Origin: an uncultured Enterobacteriaceae bacterium
GTDB taxonomy: Bacteria; Pseudomonadota; Gammaproteobacteria; Burkholderiales; SG8-39
Length of the DNA: 64,000 nt
Reading direction: 5' to 3'
Assembly (NCBI GenBank): GCA_964576525.1
Contig: CAZNVH010000015.1
Coordinates: forward strand, 39,883 to 103,882
Of this stretch, positions 20,492-30,145 are shown piece after piece (the stretch's first letter is position 1; the number at the start of each line of letters is the position of its first letter). The position numbers and the translations under genes were made by a program. The notes under the pieces are model-generated. The model made no database searches. It saw nothing but the letters and a program-made list of their open reading frames with translations, and was not told the origin of the DNA.

Positions 20492-22861
20492 TTATGTTCG
20501 GAGACTTGCGGCAAATTTACGGCCCAGCAGCGCTACCAACGCGTCGCGGGCAGCATCTGCCTCCGCATCCGTAAGGGTTCGTTCAGTATGTTGCATAACT
20601 ACCCGGAAAGCAAGGCTTTTTCTGTTCCCAGGGATGCCCTGACCGCGGAATAAGCTGAGCAAACTTACAACCCCGACGATCGCCGGTTTTTCGGCCTGGA
20701 TGGCGTCGAAAATGGCCTGGACCGGGGTCTCCAGGGGGAAAAGCAGGGAGATGTCCCGCACCACGGTCGGCTGGTCCGACGGGACCTCCAGCCGGGGCAG
20801 CGGGACCGCTTCCAGGGCCTCGGCCTCCACCTCGAAGAGCACCGGCGCCTGGGGCAGGCCGTACTTCTGCAGCCACTTCGGATGCAGCTCGCCGATCCAT
20901 CCCGCCGCTGCGCCCTCGAGCCGCACGCGCGCCGAGCGCCCGGGATGGAAGGCGGGATGCGCCGCCGGCTCGAAGCGCGCCGCGAGCGGCGCCAGCAGGT
21001 TCTCGAGGTCTCCCTTGACGTCGAAGAAGTCGACCGCGCGCGGTGCCGCGTCCCACTGTTCGGCGCGCGCCGGACCGAAGGCGGCCGCGGCGATGCGCAT
21101 CGGCTGGCGCAGGCCCGCAACCGACAGCGGGCCGTCCTGCGCCGCGGCGTCGCGCAGGAACACGCGGCCCACCTCGAAGACGCGGATGCGCGGCACTTTC
21201 CGCGAGTGGTTCTTGCGCACTACCTCGACCAGCGAGCCGATGAGCGAGGTGCGCATCACCGATTGCTGGCTGGCGATCGGGTTCAGCAGCCGGATCGGGG
21301 AGTGCCCGCCGGGCGAATCCGGCTTCCCGAAATCATTCTCCCATTGGGGCTCGACGAAGCTGAAGTTGATGACCTCGTGGTAGTCCGCGGCAGCGAGGCG
21401 CTCGCGCAGGGCGTGCAGGCTGCGGCGGGTTTCCGGGACCTTCAGCATCGTGGCCGCGGCACGCGGCGGGTGCGCCGCGATGCGCTCGAAGCCGTACAGG
21501 CGCGCCACCTCCTCGATCAGGTCCTCCTCGATCGCGATGTCGAAGCGGTAGGACGGGGGGGAGACCAGGAATTGCCCGTTCTTGAACTTCACGGGGAAAA
21601 CCAGGCGCTTGAAGATCGAGGCCATTTCCTTCTGGTTGATCGCCACCCCGATCACCTTCTGCGCCCGCGCCACGCGCATCGCTACCGGCTTGCGCTGCGG
21701 CAGCCGCGCTACGGTATCGACCGTCGGCCCCGGCTCGCCGCCGCAGAGCTCGAGGATCAGGCGCGTCGCGCGCTCGATGCCGTCGACGTTGTTGCCGTAG
21801 TCCACGCCGCGCTCGAAGCGGTGCGAGGCGTCGCTCGTGAAGTTGTAGCGGCGCGCGCGCCCGGCCACCGCGTCGGGATAGAAGAAGGCCGACTCGAGGA
21901 ACACGTTGGTGGTCTTCTCGTCGGCCTTGGTGCTCTCGCCGCCCATGATGCCGCCGAGGCCGATCGCCCCCGAGTCGTCGGTGATGCACAGCACCGAGGC
22001 ATCGACCTCGACCTCCTGGCCGTTCAGCAGCAGCAGCTTTTCGCCCCGCCGCCCCCAGCGCACGTCGATCGGGCCGCGCAGCTTGTCGAGGTCGTAGACG
22101 TGCAGCGGCCGCCCGAGCTCGAGCATGACGTAGTTGGTGACGTCGACCAGCGCCGAGATCGAGCGCTGGCCGGCGCGCTCCAGGCGCTGGCGCATCCACG
22201 CCGGCGTCGGCGCGGCGGCATCGACGCCGCGGATGACGCGCCCGGCGAACCGGCCGCAGCCCTTGGGCGCCGAGAGGCGAACCCGGTGCGCCGCTTTGCT
22301 TTTCGGCGGGACTTTCTTGATCGCCGGGATCGTCAGTTTGGTTCCCGTCAGCGCCGCGACTTCGCGCGCCACCCCGAGAACCGAAAGGCAGTCGGCGCGG
22401 TTCGGCGTGAGCTTCAGCTTCAGGACGTGGTCGTCGAGCCCGAGCAGCTTGCGCGCGTCCGCGCCCGGCTGCGCGTCGCCCGGCAGCTCGAGCAGGCCGG
22501 AATCGTCGTCGGACAGGCCGAGCTCACGCGCCGAGGCGAGCATGCCGTGGCTGTCGACGCCGCGCACCGCCTTTGTTCCGACTTGCGCGAGCGCAGCCTT
22601 CATGCCAGCGCGCACGTTGGGCGCGCCGCACACCACCTGCACCGTCTCCTTCCCGATCCTCACCTTGCACACCGTCAGCTTGTCGGCGTTCGGATGCTTG
22701 TCGACCGAGAGCACCTCGGCAACCACGACCTTGCCCGGCGGCGCGCCGAGCGGCTGATAGGCCTCGACCTCGATGCCGGCCATCGTCAGCTTGTCGGCCA
22801 GCACGCGGCCCGACAGGCGAGGATTGCAGAACGTCCGCAGCCAGCTCTCGGGAACGTTCAT
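20492..22861 (-). CDS. pheT: Phenylalanyl-tRNA synthetase beta subunit
   Basis: 789 aa from [14 protein letters not shown], with tRNA-binding, B3/4, B5 and FDX-ACB domains. ATGA overlap with the pheS stop. The listed 904-aa ORF has a spurious N-terminal extension. Confidence 0.9.
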   Translation of the reverse strand: MNVPESWLRTFCNPRLSGRVLADKLTMAGIEVEAYQPLGAPPGKVVVAEVLSVDKHPNADKLTVCKVRIGKETVQVVCGAPNVRAGMKAALAQVGTKAVRGVDSHGMLASARELGLSDDDSGLLELPGDAQPGADARKLLGLDDHVLKLKLTPNRADCLSVLGVAREVAALTGTKLTIPAIKKVPPKSKAAHRVRLSAPKGCGRFAGRVIRGVDAAAPTPAWMRQRLERAGQRSISALVDVTNYVMLELGRPLHVYDLDKLRGPIDVRWGRRGEKLLLLNGQEVEVDASVLCITDDSGAIGLGGIMGGESTKADEKTTNVFLESAFFYPDAVAGRARRYNFTSDASHRFERGVDYGNNVDGIERATRLILELCGGEPGPTVDTVARLPQRKPVAMRVARAQKVIGVAINQKEMASIFKRLVFPVKFKNGQFLVSPPSYRFDIAIEEDLIEEVARLYGFERIAAHPPRAAATMLKVPETRRSLHALRERLAAADYHEVINFSFVEPQWENDFGKPDSPGGHSPIRLLNPIASQQSVMRTSLIGSLVEVVRKNHSRKVPRIRVFEVGRVFLRDAAAQDGPLSVAGLRQPMRIAAAAFGPARAEQWDAAPRAVDFFDVKGDLENLLAPLAARFEPAAHPAFHPGRSARVRLEGAAAGWIGELHPKWLQKYGLPQAPVLFEVEAEALEAVPLPRLEVPSDQPTVVRDISLLFPLETPVQAIFDAIQAEKPAIVGVVSLLSLFRGQGIPGNRKSLAFRVVMQHTERTLTDAEADAARDALVALLGRKFAASLRT

Positions 22862-23856
22862 GGGAATTGCTCGAGAAAACGCAGGTCGCCGTCGAAGAAC
22901 AGGCGCAGGTCCTCGATGCCATGGCGCAGCATCGTCAGGCGCTCGAGCCCCGAGCCGAATGCGAAGCCGATATAGCGCTCGGGATCGAGGCCGAAATTGC
23001 GCACCACCTGCGGATGCACCTGCCCCGCGCCGGAGATCTCCAGCCAGCGGCCTTTCAGCTTCATGTCGATCTCGGCCGAGGGCTCGGTGAACGGGAAGAA
23101 CGACGGCCGGAAGCGCACTTCGAGCGCGTCGTTCTCGAAGAAGCGCCGCAGGAACTCCGTGTACACGCCCTTGAGGTCGGCGAAGCTGATGTGCTCGTCG
23201 ATCCACAGGCCTTCGACCTGGTGGAACATCGGCGAGTGCGTGGCGTCCGAATCGACGCGGTAGGTGCGCCCGGGCGCGATCACCTTGATCGGGGGCTTGT
23301 GCATGCGTGCGTAGCGCACCTGCATCGGGCTGGTATGCGTGCGCAGCAGCAGCGGCAGGCCCTGCGCGTCCTTCAGGTCGACGTAGAACGTGTCCTGCAT
23401 CGAGCGCGCCGGATGGTTCTCCGGGTTGTTCAGCGCCGTGAAGTTGTACCAGTCGGTCTCGATCTCCGGACCGTCGGCGACCTCGAAGCCGATCGAGCGC
23501 CAGATCTGCTCGACGCGCTGCCAGGTGCGGATGACCGGATGGACGCCGCCGCGGCCGCGGCCGCGGCCGCGGCCGGGCAGGCTGACGTCGAGCCCCTCCT
23601 CGCCCAGGCGCGCCGAGAGCTTCGCCTCGGCCAACTCGGCGCGGCGCGCCTCAAGCGCCGCCTCGATGCGCTGCTTGGCGGCGTTGAACGCCGCGCCGGC
23701 GGCCTTGCGCTCCTCGGGACTGCCCTGCGGGCGGAAGCCCGCGAGTTCGCCGCCCTTGCCGAGGTAGCGCGCCTTCGCGTTCTCGAGGGACGCGGGGTCG
23801 CCCGCCGCGCTGAAATCGGCGAGCGCGCGCGAGACGATGCCGTCTAGGTCTTGCAA
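22858..23856 (-). CDS. pheS: Phenylalanyl-tRNA synthetase alpha subunit
   Basis: 332 aa with [24 protein letters not shown] and [11 protein letters not shown]. The start codon is TTG, placed directly against the rplT TAG. Confidence 0.9.
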   Translation of the reverse strand: MQDLDGIVSRALADFSAAGDPASLENAKARYLGKGGELAGFRPQGSPEERKAAGAAFNAAKQRIEAALEARRAELAEAKLSARLGEEGLDVSLPGRGRGRGRGGVHPVIRTWQRVEQIWRSIGFEVADGPEIETDWYNFTALNNPENHPARSMQDTFYVDLKDAQGLPLLLRTHTSPMQVRYARMHKPPIKVIAPGRTYRVDSDATHSPMFHQVEGLWIDEHISFADLKGVYTEFLRRFFENDALEVRFRPSFFPFTEPSAEIDMKLKGRWLEISGAGQVHPQVVRNFGLDPERYIGFAFGSGLERLTMLRHGIEDLRLFFDGDLRFLEQFP

Positions 23857-24216
23857 CTAGTGGGCGAGGCTCGCTTTGACCTGGCTCGCGATTTGCGCGA
23901 ACGCGGCCTTGTCGCTTACTGCCAGATCCGCCAGCACCTTGCGGTCGATCTCGATGTTGGCGCGCTTGAGGCCGGCCATGAACACGCTGTAGCTCATGCC
24001 CAGCTCGCGCACCGCGGCATTGATGCGCGCGATCCACAGCGAGCGGAACGTGCGCTTCCTCTGCCGGCGGTCGCGGTACGCGTATTGCCCCGCCTTCATC
24101 AAGGCCTGCTTGGCGACGCGGAACACGTTCTTGCGGCGGCCGCGGAAACCCTTGGTCTGCCTGAAAACCTTCTTGTGGCGCGCTCGCGCCGTGACTCCCC
24201 GTTTTACTCTTGGCAT
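23857..24216 (-). CDS. rplT: 50S ribosomal protein L20
   Basis: [55 protein letters not shown], a canonical L20 sequence. Confidence 0.95.
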   Translation of the reverse strand: MPRVKRGVTARARHKKVFRQTKGFRGRRKNVFRVAKQALMKAGQYAYRDRRQRKRTFRSLWIARINAAVRELGMSYSVFMAGLKRANIEIDRKVLADLAVSDKAAFAQIASQVKASLAH

Positions 24217-24226
24217 GGCGCGCTCC

Positions 24227-24427
24227 TCAGGACGAGTACGGCAGCATCGAACGCACCGCGCGCGTATTGGTCTGGTCGACGGCGCTGGTGCGCCGCAGCT
24301 GGCGCTTGCGCTTGGTGCTCTTCTTGGTGAGGATGTGGCGCCGGTAGGCGCCGCCGCGCTTGATGCTGCCGCTGGCGCGCACCCTGAAACGCTTGGCGGC
24401 GCCGCGCTTGGATTTCATCTTCGGCAT
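24227..24427 (-). CDS. rpmI: 50S ribosomal protein L35
   Basis: [45 protein letters not shown], a canonical L35 sequence. Confidence 0.95.
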   Translation of the reverse strand: MPKMKSKRGAAKRFRVRASGSIKRGGAYRRHILTKKSTKRKRQLRRTSAVDQTNTRAVRSMLPYSS

Positions 24428-24508
24428 GACGAACGGACTCCTTCTGTTCTAGCTTGACGCCGGGCGGCCTGCTAAGCAGGCGCTTGATGCCACGGCTATC
24501 ACTTGTAA

Positions 24509-25129
24509 CTACGCCGCCTGGCGCTTGGGTGCGGCGGCTGTTGCTGCCTTCTCTGCCTTCTCTGCCTTCTCTGCCTTGCCGACCTTGCTCGGCTTCGCCT
24601 TCGGCGCCGGGGCCTTCTTCTTCGGCGCCAGCACCATCACCATCTGCCGGCCTTCGAGCTTGGGAAACTGCTCGACCAGGCCAATCGCATCCAGATCCTT
24701 TCTCACCCGCTCGAGCAGGCGCTCGCCGAACTCCTTGTGCGCCATTTCGCGGCCACGGAAGCGCAGCGTCACTTTCGCCTTGTCGCCTTCCTCGAGGAAC
24801 TGGATGAGCTTGCCGAGCTTGATCTTGTAGTCGCCGTCGTCGGTGGCGGGGCGGAACTTGATTTCCTTGACCTGGATCTGCTTCTGCTTGAGCTTCGCCT
24901 CGTGCGCCTTCTTCTGCTCGCGGTAGCGGAACTTGCCGTAGTCCATCAGCTTGCAGACCGGCGGCACCGCGAGCGGCGCGATCTCCACCAGGTCCACGTT
25001 CTGCTCCTCGGCGAGCCGCAGCGCTTCCGACACCGGCTTGATCCCGAGCTGGTCACCGTTTTCCGCCACCAGGCGCACCTCCGGGGCGGTGATTTCCCGG
25101 TTGATGCGCTGCGATCTTTCGAGTGCGAT
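24509..25129 (-). CDS. infC: Translation initiation factor IF-3, probable non-canonical ATC start, with Lys/Ala/Pro-rich C-terminal tail
   Basis: The frame is open upstream of the listed GTG (25078). Hand translation gives (ATC)[30 protein letters not shown]..., matching the conserved IF3 N-terminus. GGAG lies 10 nt upstream of the ATC at 25127-25129. Confidence 0.8.
   Translation of the reverse strand: MALERSQRINREITAPEVRLVAENGDQLGIKPVSEALRLAEEQNVDLVEIAPLAVPPVCKLMDYGKFRYREQKKAHEAKLKQKQIQVKEIKFRPATDDGDYKIKLGKLIQFLEEGDKAKVTLRFRGREMAHKEFGERLLERVRKDLDAIGLVEQFPKLEGRQMVMVLAPKKKAPAPKAKPSKVGKAEKAEKAEKAATAAAPKRQAA
24544..24577. repeat. 9-bp tandem repeat (ctgccttct x3.8) inside the infC 3' end
   Basis: Read directly. 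It encodes (K-A-E)n: [11 protein letters not shown] within the IF3 C-terminal tail. Confidence 0.9.
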
Positions 25130-25160
25130 GTGTGAAAAGCTCCTCAGTAGGTTAAAAAAG

Positions 25161-27074
25161 TTAGCCGTGCACCTGCGCTATCGCCTCGGCTTGGAGGCGC
25201 GCGGTGAAGGCATCCAGGCTCATGGCCCCGAGGTCTTCGCCGCTGCGCGTGCGCACGGCCACCGTTTCAGCTTGCATTTCCTTGTCGCCGACCACCAGAT
25301 GGTAGGGCAGCTTCTGCAAGCTATGTTCGCGAATCTTATAAGAAATCTTCTCGTTCCGCAAATCCAAAATCGCTCTAAATCCTTGATTCACGAGTTTATT
25401 TCTCACTGAGGCGGCATATTCGGCCTGCCGCTCGGTGATGTTCATCACCACGATCTGGTGCGGCGCGAGCCACAGTGGAAACGCGCCAGCGTAGTGCTCG
25501 ATGAGGATGCCGATGAAGCGCTCGAACGAGCCGACGATCGCGCGGTGGAGCATCACCGGGGTGTGGCGCGCATTGTCCTCGCCGACATACTCCGCGCCGA
25601 GGCGCCCCGGCATGCTGAAATCGACCTGCATGGTGCCGCATTGCCAGACGCGGCCGATGCCGTCCTTCAACGAGTACTCGATCTTCGGCCCGTAGAAGGC
25701 GCCCTCGCCTGGTGCCAGGGAAAAGGTGATTCTTGATTTCTCTAAGGCTTTGAGGAGTGATTTCTCCGCCCGATCCCACGAGTCATCCGAACCGATTCTC
25801 TTCGCAGGTCGGGTCGCAATCTTGTAGATCACCTCGCTGAAGCCGAAATCGCGGTAAACCCGCTGCAGCAGCTCGGTGAACTTCACGCATTCATCGAGGA
25901 TCTGCTCCTCGGTGCAGAAAATGTGGCCGTCGTCCTGCACGAAGCCGCGCACGCGCATCAGCCCGTGCAGCGCGCCCGAGGGCTCGTTGCGGTGGCAGGA
26001 GCCGAACTCGCCGTAGCGCAGCGGCAGCTCGCGGTAGCTGCGCACGCCCTTGTTGTAGATCAGGATGTGGCCCGGGCAGTTCATCGGCTTCAGCGCGTAG
26101 TCGCGGTTCTCCGACGAAGTGGTGAACATGTTGTCGCGGAAGTTCTCCCAGTGGCCGGTCTTCTCCCACAGGCTGCGGTCGAGAATCTGCGGCGCGCGCA
26201 CCTCGTGGTAGCCGTTGTCGCGGTACACGCGGCGCATGTACTGCTCGACCGCCTGCCACAGCGTCCAGCCTTTGGGATGCCAGAACACCAGCCCGGGCGC
26301 CTCTTCCTGCATGTGATAGAGGTCGAGCTGCGTGCCGAGGCGCCGGTGGTCGCGCTTCTCCGCCTCCTCCAGCATCTTCAGGTACGCGTCCTGGTCCTCC
26401 TTTTTCCCCCAGGCGGTGCCGTAGATGCGCTGGAGCATCTCGTTCTTCGAGTCGCCGCGCCAGTAGGCGCCGGCGACGCGCATCAGCTTGAACACCTTCA
26501 GCTTGCCGGTGGAGGGCACGTGCGGCCCGCGGCACAGGTCGATCCAGTCGCCCTGGCCGTAGAGCGAGATCGTGTCCTTCTCGGGAATCGAGGCGATGAT
26601 CTCCGCCTTGTATTTCTCCCCCATGTCGGAGAAAAACTTGACCGCGGCGTCGCGCGGCATTTCACGCCGCTGAACGGGCAAGTCCTTCTTGGCGATCTCG
26701 GTCATCCGCTTCTCGATCGCGGCGAGATCTTCGGGCGTGAAAGGACGCTTGTAAGCGAAGTCGTAGTAGAAGCCGTTCTCGATCACCGGGCCGATGGTCA
26801 CCTGCGCCTCGGGATAGAGCTCCTTCACCGCCTGCGCCAGCAGGTGCGCGGTCGAGTGGCGCAGGATCTCGACGCCGTCGGGGTCGCGCTCGGTGACGAT
26901 CTGCACCGCGGCGTCGCGCTCGACGCGGGTGCTGGTGTCGACCAGCTTGCCGTCCACCCGGCCGGCGAGCGCGGCGCGCGCCAGGCCGGCACCGATCGCG
27001 GCCGCGATCTCGGCGACGGTGACGGGTGCGGGGAACGACTTCGACGAGCCGTCGGGGAGACGGATGTTGGGCAT
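25161..27074 (-). CDS. thrS: Threonyl-tRNA synthetase
   Basis: 637 aa from [14 protein letters not shown], with TGS, editing, class II core ([14 protein letters not shown]) and anticodon-binding domains. Confidence 0.95.
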   Translation of the reverse strand: MPNIRLPDGSSKSFPAPVTVAEIAAAIGAGLARAALAGRVDGKLVDTSTRVERDAAVQIVTERDPDGVEILRHSTAHLLAQAVKELYPEAQVTIGPVIENGFYYDFAYKRPFTPEDLAAIEKRMTEIAKKDLPVQRREMPRDAAVKFFSDMGEKYKAEIIASIPEKDTISLYGQGDWIDLCRGPHVPSTGKLKVFKLMRVAGAYWRGDSKNEMLQRIYGTAWGKKEDQDAYLKMLEEAEKRDHRRLGTQLDLYHMQEEAPGLVFWHPKGWTLWQAVEQYMRRVYRDNGYHEVRAPQILDRSLWEKTGHWENFRDNMFTTSSENRDYALKPMNCPGHILIYNKGVRSYRELPLRYGEFGSCHRNEPSGALHGLMRVRGFVQDDGHIFCTEEQILDECVKFTELLQRVYRDFGFSEVIYKIATRPAKRIGSDDSWDRAEKSLLKALEKSRITFSLAPGEGAFYGPKIEYSLKDGIGRVWQCGTMQVDFSMPGRLGAEYVGEDNARHTPVMLHRAIVGSFERFIGILIEHYAGAFPLWLAPHQIVVMNITERQAEYAASVRNKLVNQGFRAILDLRNEKISYKIREHSLQKLPYHLVVGDKEMQAETVAVRTRSGEDLGAMSLDAFTARLQAEAIAQVHG

Positions 27075-27099
27075 TGCGCGCGAGTCCTTGCATACTAGC

Positions 27100-28050
27100 A
27101 TGATGAATCTTCCGCTGACCCTCGCCTGCAGTCCCTACGACCACGTGCGCGACCTGCGGCCGCGCGGCATCGAGCTCACGCTGCTCGAGCTGCCGATCGA
27201 GGAGATCTTCTTCCGCTTCACCAAGTTCCAGGAATGGCACGCCTCCGAGATGTCGTTCGGTAAGGTGGCGTCGCTCGCCGCGCAGGCCGACTCGCCGATC
27301 GTGGTGCTGCCGGTGTTCCTGTCGCGGGTGTTCCGGCACTCCGCGATCTATGTGGGGAAGAACGCGTCGATCAAGACCCCGAAGGACCTGGAAGGCAAGC
27401 GCGTCGGCATCCCCGAATGGGCGCAGACCGCCGGCATCTACGTGCGCGGCACGCTGCAGCACGAGTACGGCGTGGATCTCGCGCGCATCCAGTGGTTCCA
27501 GGCCGGGGTGAGCCAGCCCGGGCGCGTGGAGAAGGTCGAGCTGCGCCTGCCCGCTGGAGTCAAGATTGTTTCGAAACCCCAGGACACCCTGGCCAGCATG
27601 CTCGGGAGCGGCGAGCTCGATGCGGTGATCTCGGCGCGCGCGGTCGACGGACAGCGCTTGTTCGCCGACTACCGCGAGGTGGAGCGCGAATACTTCAAGA
27701 AAACGCGCATCTACCCGATCATGCACGTGCTGGTGCTGCGCCGGGACGTCTATGAGCGCGACCGCTGGGTGGCGCGCAACCTGATGGACGCCTTCGAGGA
27801 GGCGAAGAACCGCAGCGTCGAGCGCATCGCCGAATTCGGCCTGTCGCACGTGCCGCTGCCGTGGGTGCCCGACCACGCGCGCCAATGGAAAGAGCTGGCC
27901 GGCGCGGATTTCTGGCCCTACGGCATCGAGCCGAACCGGCCGACGCTCGAAGCCTTCCTGCGCTATTCCTACGAACAGGGCGTGGCGTTCAAGCCGCTCA
28001 AGGTGGACGAGCTGTTCGCGCCGGAGACGCGCGAGAAGTTCAAGATCTAA
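27100..28050 (+). CDS. 4,5-dihydroxyphthalate decarboxylase-like (NMT1/THI5-like periplasmic-binding fold) protein
   Basis: 316 aa from [19 protein letters not shown]...[25 protein letters not shown]. The pattern is recalled from the PhtD-like family. The listed 385-aa ORF has an N-terminal extension antisense to thrS. Confidence 0.55.
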   Translation: MMNLPLTLACSPYDHVRDLRPRGIELTLLELPIEEIFFRFTKFQEWHASEMSFGKVASLAAQADSPIVVLPVFLSRVFRHSAIYVGKNASIKTPKDLEGKRVGIPEWAQTAGIYVRGTLQHEYGVDLARIQWFQAGVSQPGRVEKVELRLPAGVKIVSKPQDTLASMLGSGELDAVISARAVDGQRLFADYREVEREYFKKTRIYPIMHVLVLRRDVYERDRWVARNLMDAFEEAKNRSVERIAEFGLSHVPLPWVPDHARQWKELAGADFWPYGIEPNRPTLEAFLRYSYEQGVAFKPLKVDELFAPETREKFKI

Positions 28051-29000
28051 TCGATCTTGATGCCGATATCCTTCACCGCTTTCGCGTACTTGGCGTAGTC
28101 GCGGCGGATCAGCGCCGCAAATTCTTCCGGCGTGGCGACGTAGGGGTCGAGGCCGCCGGCCGCGTTCAGCTTCTCCTTCACGTCCGGGGATTCGAGAACG
28201 CGCCGCAGTTCGGTTCTCAAGCGATTGAGGATTGCCTCGGGAATATTCGCCGGGCCAAACAAGCCGAGCCAGATCGAGTTCTCGAAGCCCGGATAGAACT
28301 CGCCGATCGTCGGCAGCTCGGGATACTGCGCCGAGCGCTTCGCGCCGGACACGGCGAGCGGCCGCAGCCGGCCGGCCTTGATCTGCGGCGCGTTCGAGCT
28401 TCCCGACCACATCGCCATGGTGTCGCCCGCCACGGTCGCGGTCGCCGCCGGGGCGCCGCCCTTGTAGGGCACGTGCAGCAGGTTGATGCCGGCGCGCTGC
28501 TTGAGCATCTCCATGGTGAGATGGTGCTGGCTGCCGTTGCCGCCCGAGGCGTAGGCGAGCGGCGGGTTCGCTTTGCGCGCGTACTCGATGAACTCCGGGA
28601 AAGTCCGCACCGGCAGCGACGGATGCACCGTCAGCACGAACTGGTTGACCGCCACCGTCGACACCGGTGTCAGGTCGCGCAGCGTGTCGATCGGCATCTT
28701 GTACAGGTGCGGGTTGATCGCGATCTGGCTGTCGGCGAGCAGCCCGAGGGTATGGCCATCGGGCTGGGCCCGCGCCACGAGCTCGTTGGCGATGTTGCCG
28801 TTCGCGCCGGCGCGGTTCTCGATCACCACCGGCTGGCCGAGGTTCTCGGCGAGCTTGTGCCCGATGACGCGCGCCGCGATGTCGGGCGCGCCGCCGGGCG
28901 GGATGGGCACGATGATGGTGATCGGCCGCGACGGAAACTGCGCGAACGCGCTCGCCGCGAAGTACAGCAGCGCGAAGAGAAGAAGAGCTCGAGCCTTCAT
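28047..29000 (-). CDS. Tripartite tricarboxylate transporter substrate-binding protein (Bug/TctC family)
   Basis: 317 aa from MKARALLLFALL, with FPSRPITIIVPIPPGGAPDI..VVIENRAGANG..HVPYKGGAPA, hallmark Bug-family motifs. Confidence 0.85.
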   Translation of the reverse strand: MKARALLLFALLYFAASAFAQFPSRPITIIVPIPPGGAPDIAARVIGHKLAENLGQPVVIENRAGANGNIANELVARAQPDGHTLGLLADSQIAINPHLYKMPIDTLRDLTPVSTVAVNQFVLTVHPSLPVRTFPEFIEYARKANPPLAYASGGNGSQHHLTMEMLKQRAGINLLHVPYKGGAPAATATVAGDTMAMWSGSSNAPQIKAGRLRPLAVSGAKRSAQYPELPTIGEFYPGFENSIWLGLFGPANIPEAILNRLRTELRRVLESPDVKEKLNAAGGLDPYVATPEEFAALIRRDYAKYAKAVKDIGIKID

Positions 29001-29016
29001 TGCCAACTCGAAAGGT

Positions 29017-29244
29017 TCAGGCCGCCAGGCCTCGCGCGTGCGCGATCTCGCCACCGCCTACCTCCCTCAGTTGCCCGGTAGACAAGGTAGTCACCGCGAC
29101 CGTCTCCCCGTCCAGCGCGATGAACTCGACCTCATAGCCCCCGCCGTCGCCATGGACGAGCACTACCGTACCGACATCGCCACGCTTCAGGCCATGTTCA
29201 GGCAGGTCACACTCCAGGACTACGGCATCCAGCTCGCGGATCAT
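29017..29244 (-). CDS. DUF4926-like small protein
   Basis: 75 aa from MIRELDAVVLECDLPEHGLKRGDVGTVVLVHGDGGGYEVEF. ATGA overlap with the upstream small gene. Confidence 0.55.
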   Translation of the reverse strand: MIRELDAVVLECDLPEHGLKRGDVGTVVLVHGDGGGYEVEFIALDGETVAVTTLSTGQLREVGGGEIAHARGLAA

Positions 29245-29588
29245 GGCGATTTCCTCTTCAGCGGATGCGCGGTAGCAAACCGCGGCACCGATGTCGTTTC
29301 GCTTATAAACCATACGCTGCGCACGTTCAAGATTCTACCGTCGGGCGCGGCCAGTGGGCCGTCAACTACATAACGCGTGCCGTACGGCGTGTTCCTGACT
29401 GAAGCGACGACATTCTCCGCGGCATGCCGGCGCAGCGCTTCAGCGAGCGCTCGCCAGTTTTTCACCGTAAACCCGTGCTTCCCGAAGAATTCGGCCTTGC
29501 TCCGCCCCGCCGGGTGGGTTGACGAGAGTAAATACCGGACGATCTTTGCCTCGGAGATCTCCGCCTTATCGGCATCGGGTAATCCCAT
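29241..29588 (-). CDS. DUF6883-like small protein
   Basis: 115 aa from MGLPDADKAEISEAKIVRYLLSSTHPAGRSKAEFFGKHGF. The pattern is recalled as DUF6883. It is paired with the DUF4926-like gene in a TA-like two-gene cassette. Confidence 0.5.
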   Translation of the reverse strand: MGLPDADKAEISEAKIVRYLLSSTHPAGRSKAEFFGKHGFTVKNWRALAEALRRHAAENVVASVRNTPYGTRYVVDGPLAAPDGRILNVRSVWFISETTSVPRFATAHPLKRKSP

Positions 29589-29684
29589 TTGATCTGCTTC
29601 TCGCTGGATCCAAGCAGGTAACGCGGCCTGGCCCGCTGCAGTTGACGCGCTCGACCGCGAGCGCCGACGCATCCCAGAACCGCA

Positions 29685-29975
29685 TTAGCGGCGTTCCCGG
29701 TCCTCGGCGATCAGGCGCGCGGCATCGGCCGCCTTGCGCAGCTTCGCCGGCCTCGGCAGGCGCCGCGGCGGCGCCTTGCGCCCGAGGCGGACGATGCCGC
29801 GTCTCTCGAGCTCGGCGAGGCGCGCGTCCTGCTGCGTCCGCGTCCCGGGTTCGAGCGGCGCGAGACGCGCCACCGGTCGTCCGCGATCGGTGATCAGAAT
29901 CGTCTCGCCACCCCGCACGCGATCGACGTAGGCCGAAAGACGGTTCTTCGCTTCCGAGATCGAGGCTCGCTTCAT
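29685..29975 (-). CDS. Phd/YefM-family type II antitoxin (no cognate toxin ORF seen)
   Basis: 96 aa from MKRASISEAKNRLSAYVDRVRGGETILITDRGRPVARLAPL, a classical Phd/YefM N-terminus. The listed start at 30092 adds Gly/Arg-rich junk. Confidence 0.75.
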   Translation of the reverse strand: MKRASISEAKNRLSAYVDRVRGGETILITDRGRPVARLAPLEPGTRTQQDARLAELERRGIVRLGRKAPPRRLPRPAKLRKAADAARLIAEDRERR

Positions 29976-29994
29976 CTGGCCACTATAGCCAGAT
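29974..29994. promoter_or_regulatory. 7-bp inverted repeat ATCTGGC-N7-GCCAGAT overlapping the antitoxin start codon (candidate operator)
   Basis: Read directly. On the coding strand it is ATCTGGC-TATAGTG-GCCAGAT-G, with a TATAGT -10-like hexamer in the spacer and the ATG formed by the right arm. Confidence 0.3.
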
Positions 29995-30145
29995 CGCCAG
30001 GCTGCGGGTAACGCGCCGGGCCCGCCTCCGCCGGTCGGCGGACCAAGGCGGGCACCGGTGCGGGCCGCGGGAACCGCGGCCGTTCTCATCATGGCGGGCC
30101 CTGGACGCCCGAGTGCTCACCCGGTGCGACCGTAATCGCGCCGGC

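Noticed and set aside
24467-24481. Small hairpin GCCTGC-TAA-GCAGGC between infC and rpmI, considered as an L20 translational operator
   Set aside because: It has only a 6-bp stem. The pseudoknot/L20-binding architecture cannot be judged by eye, and it may be incidental.
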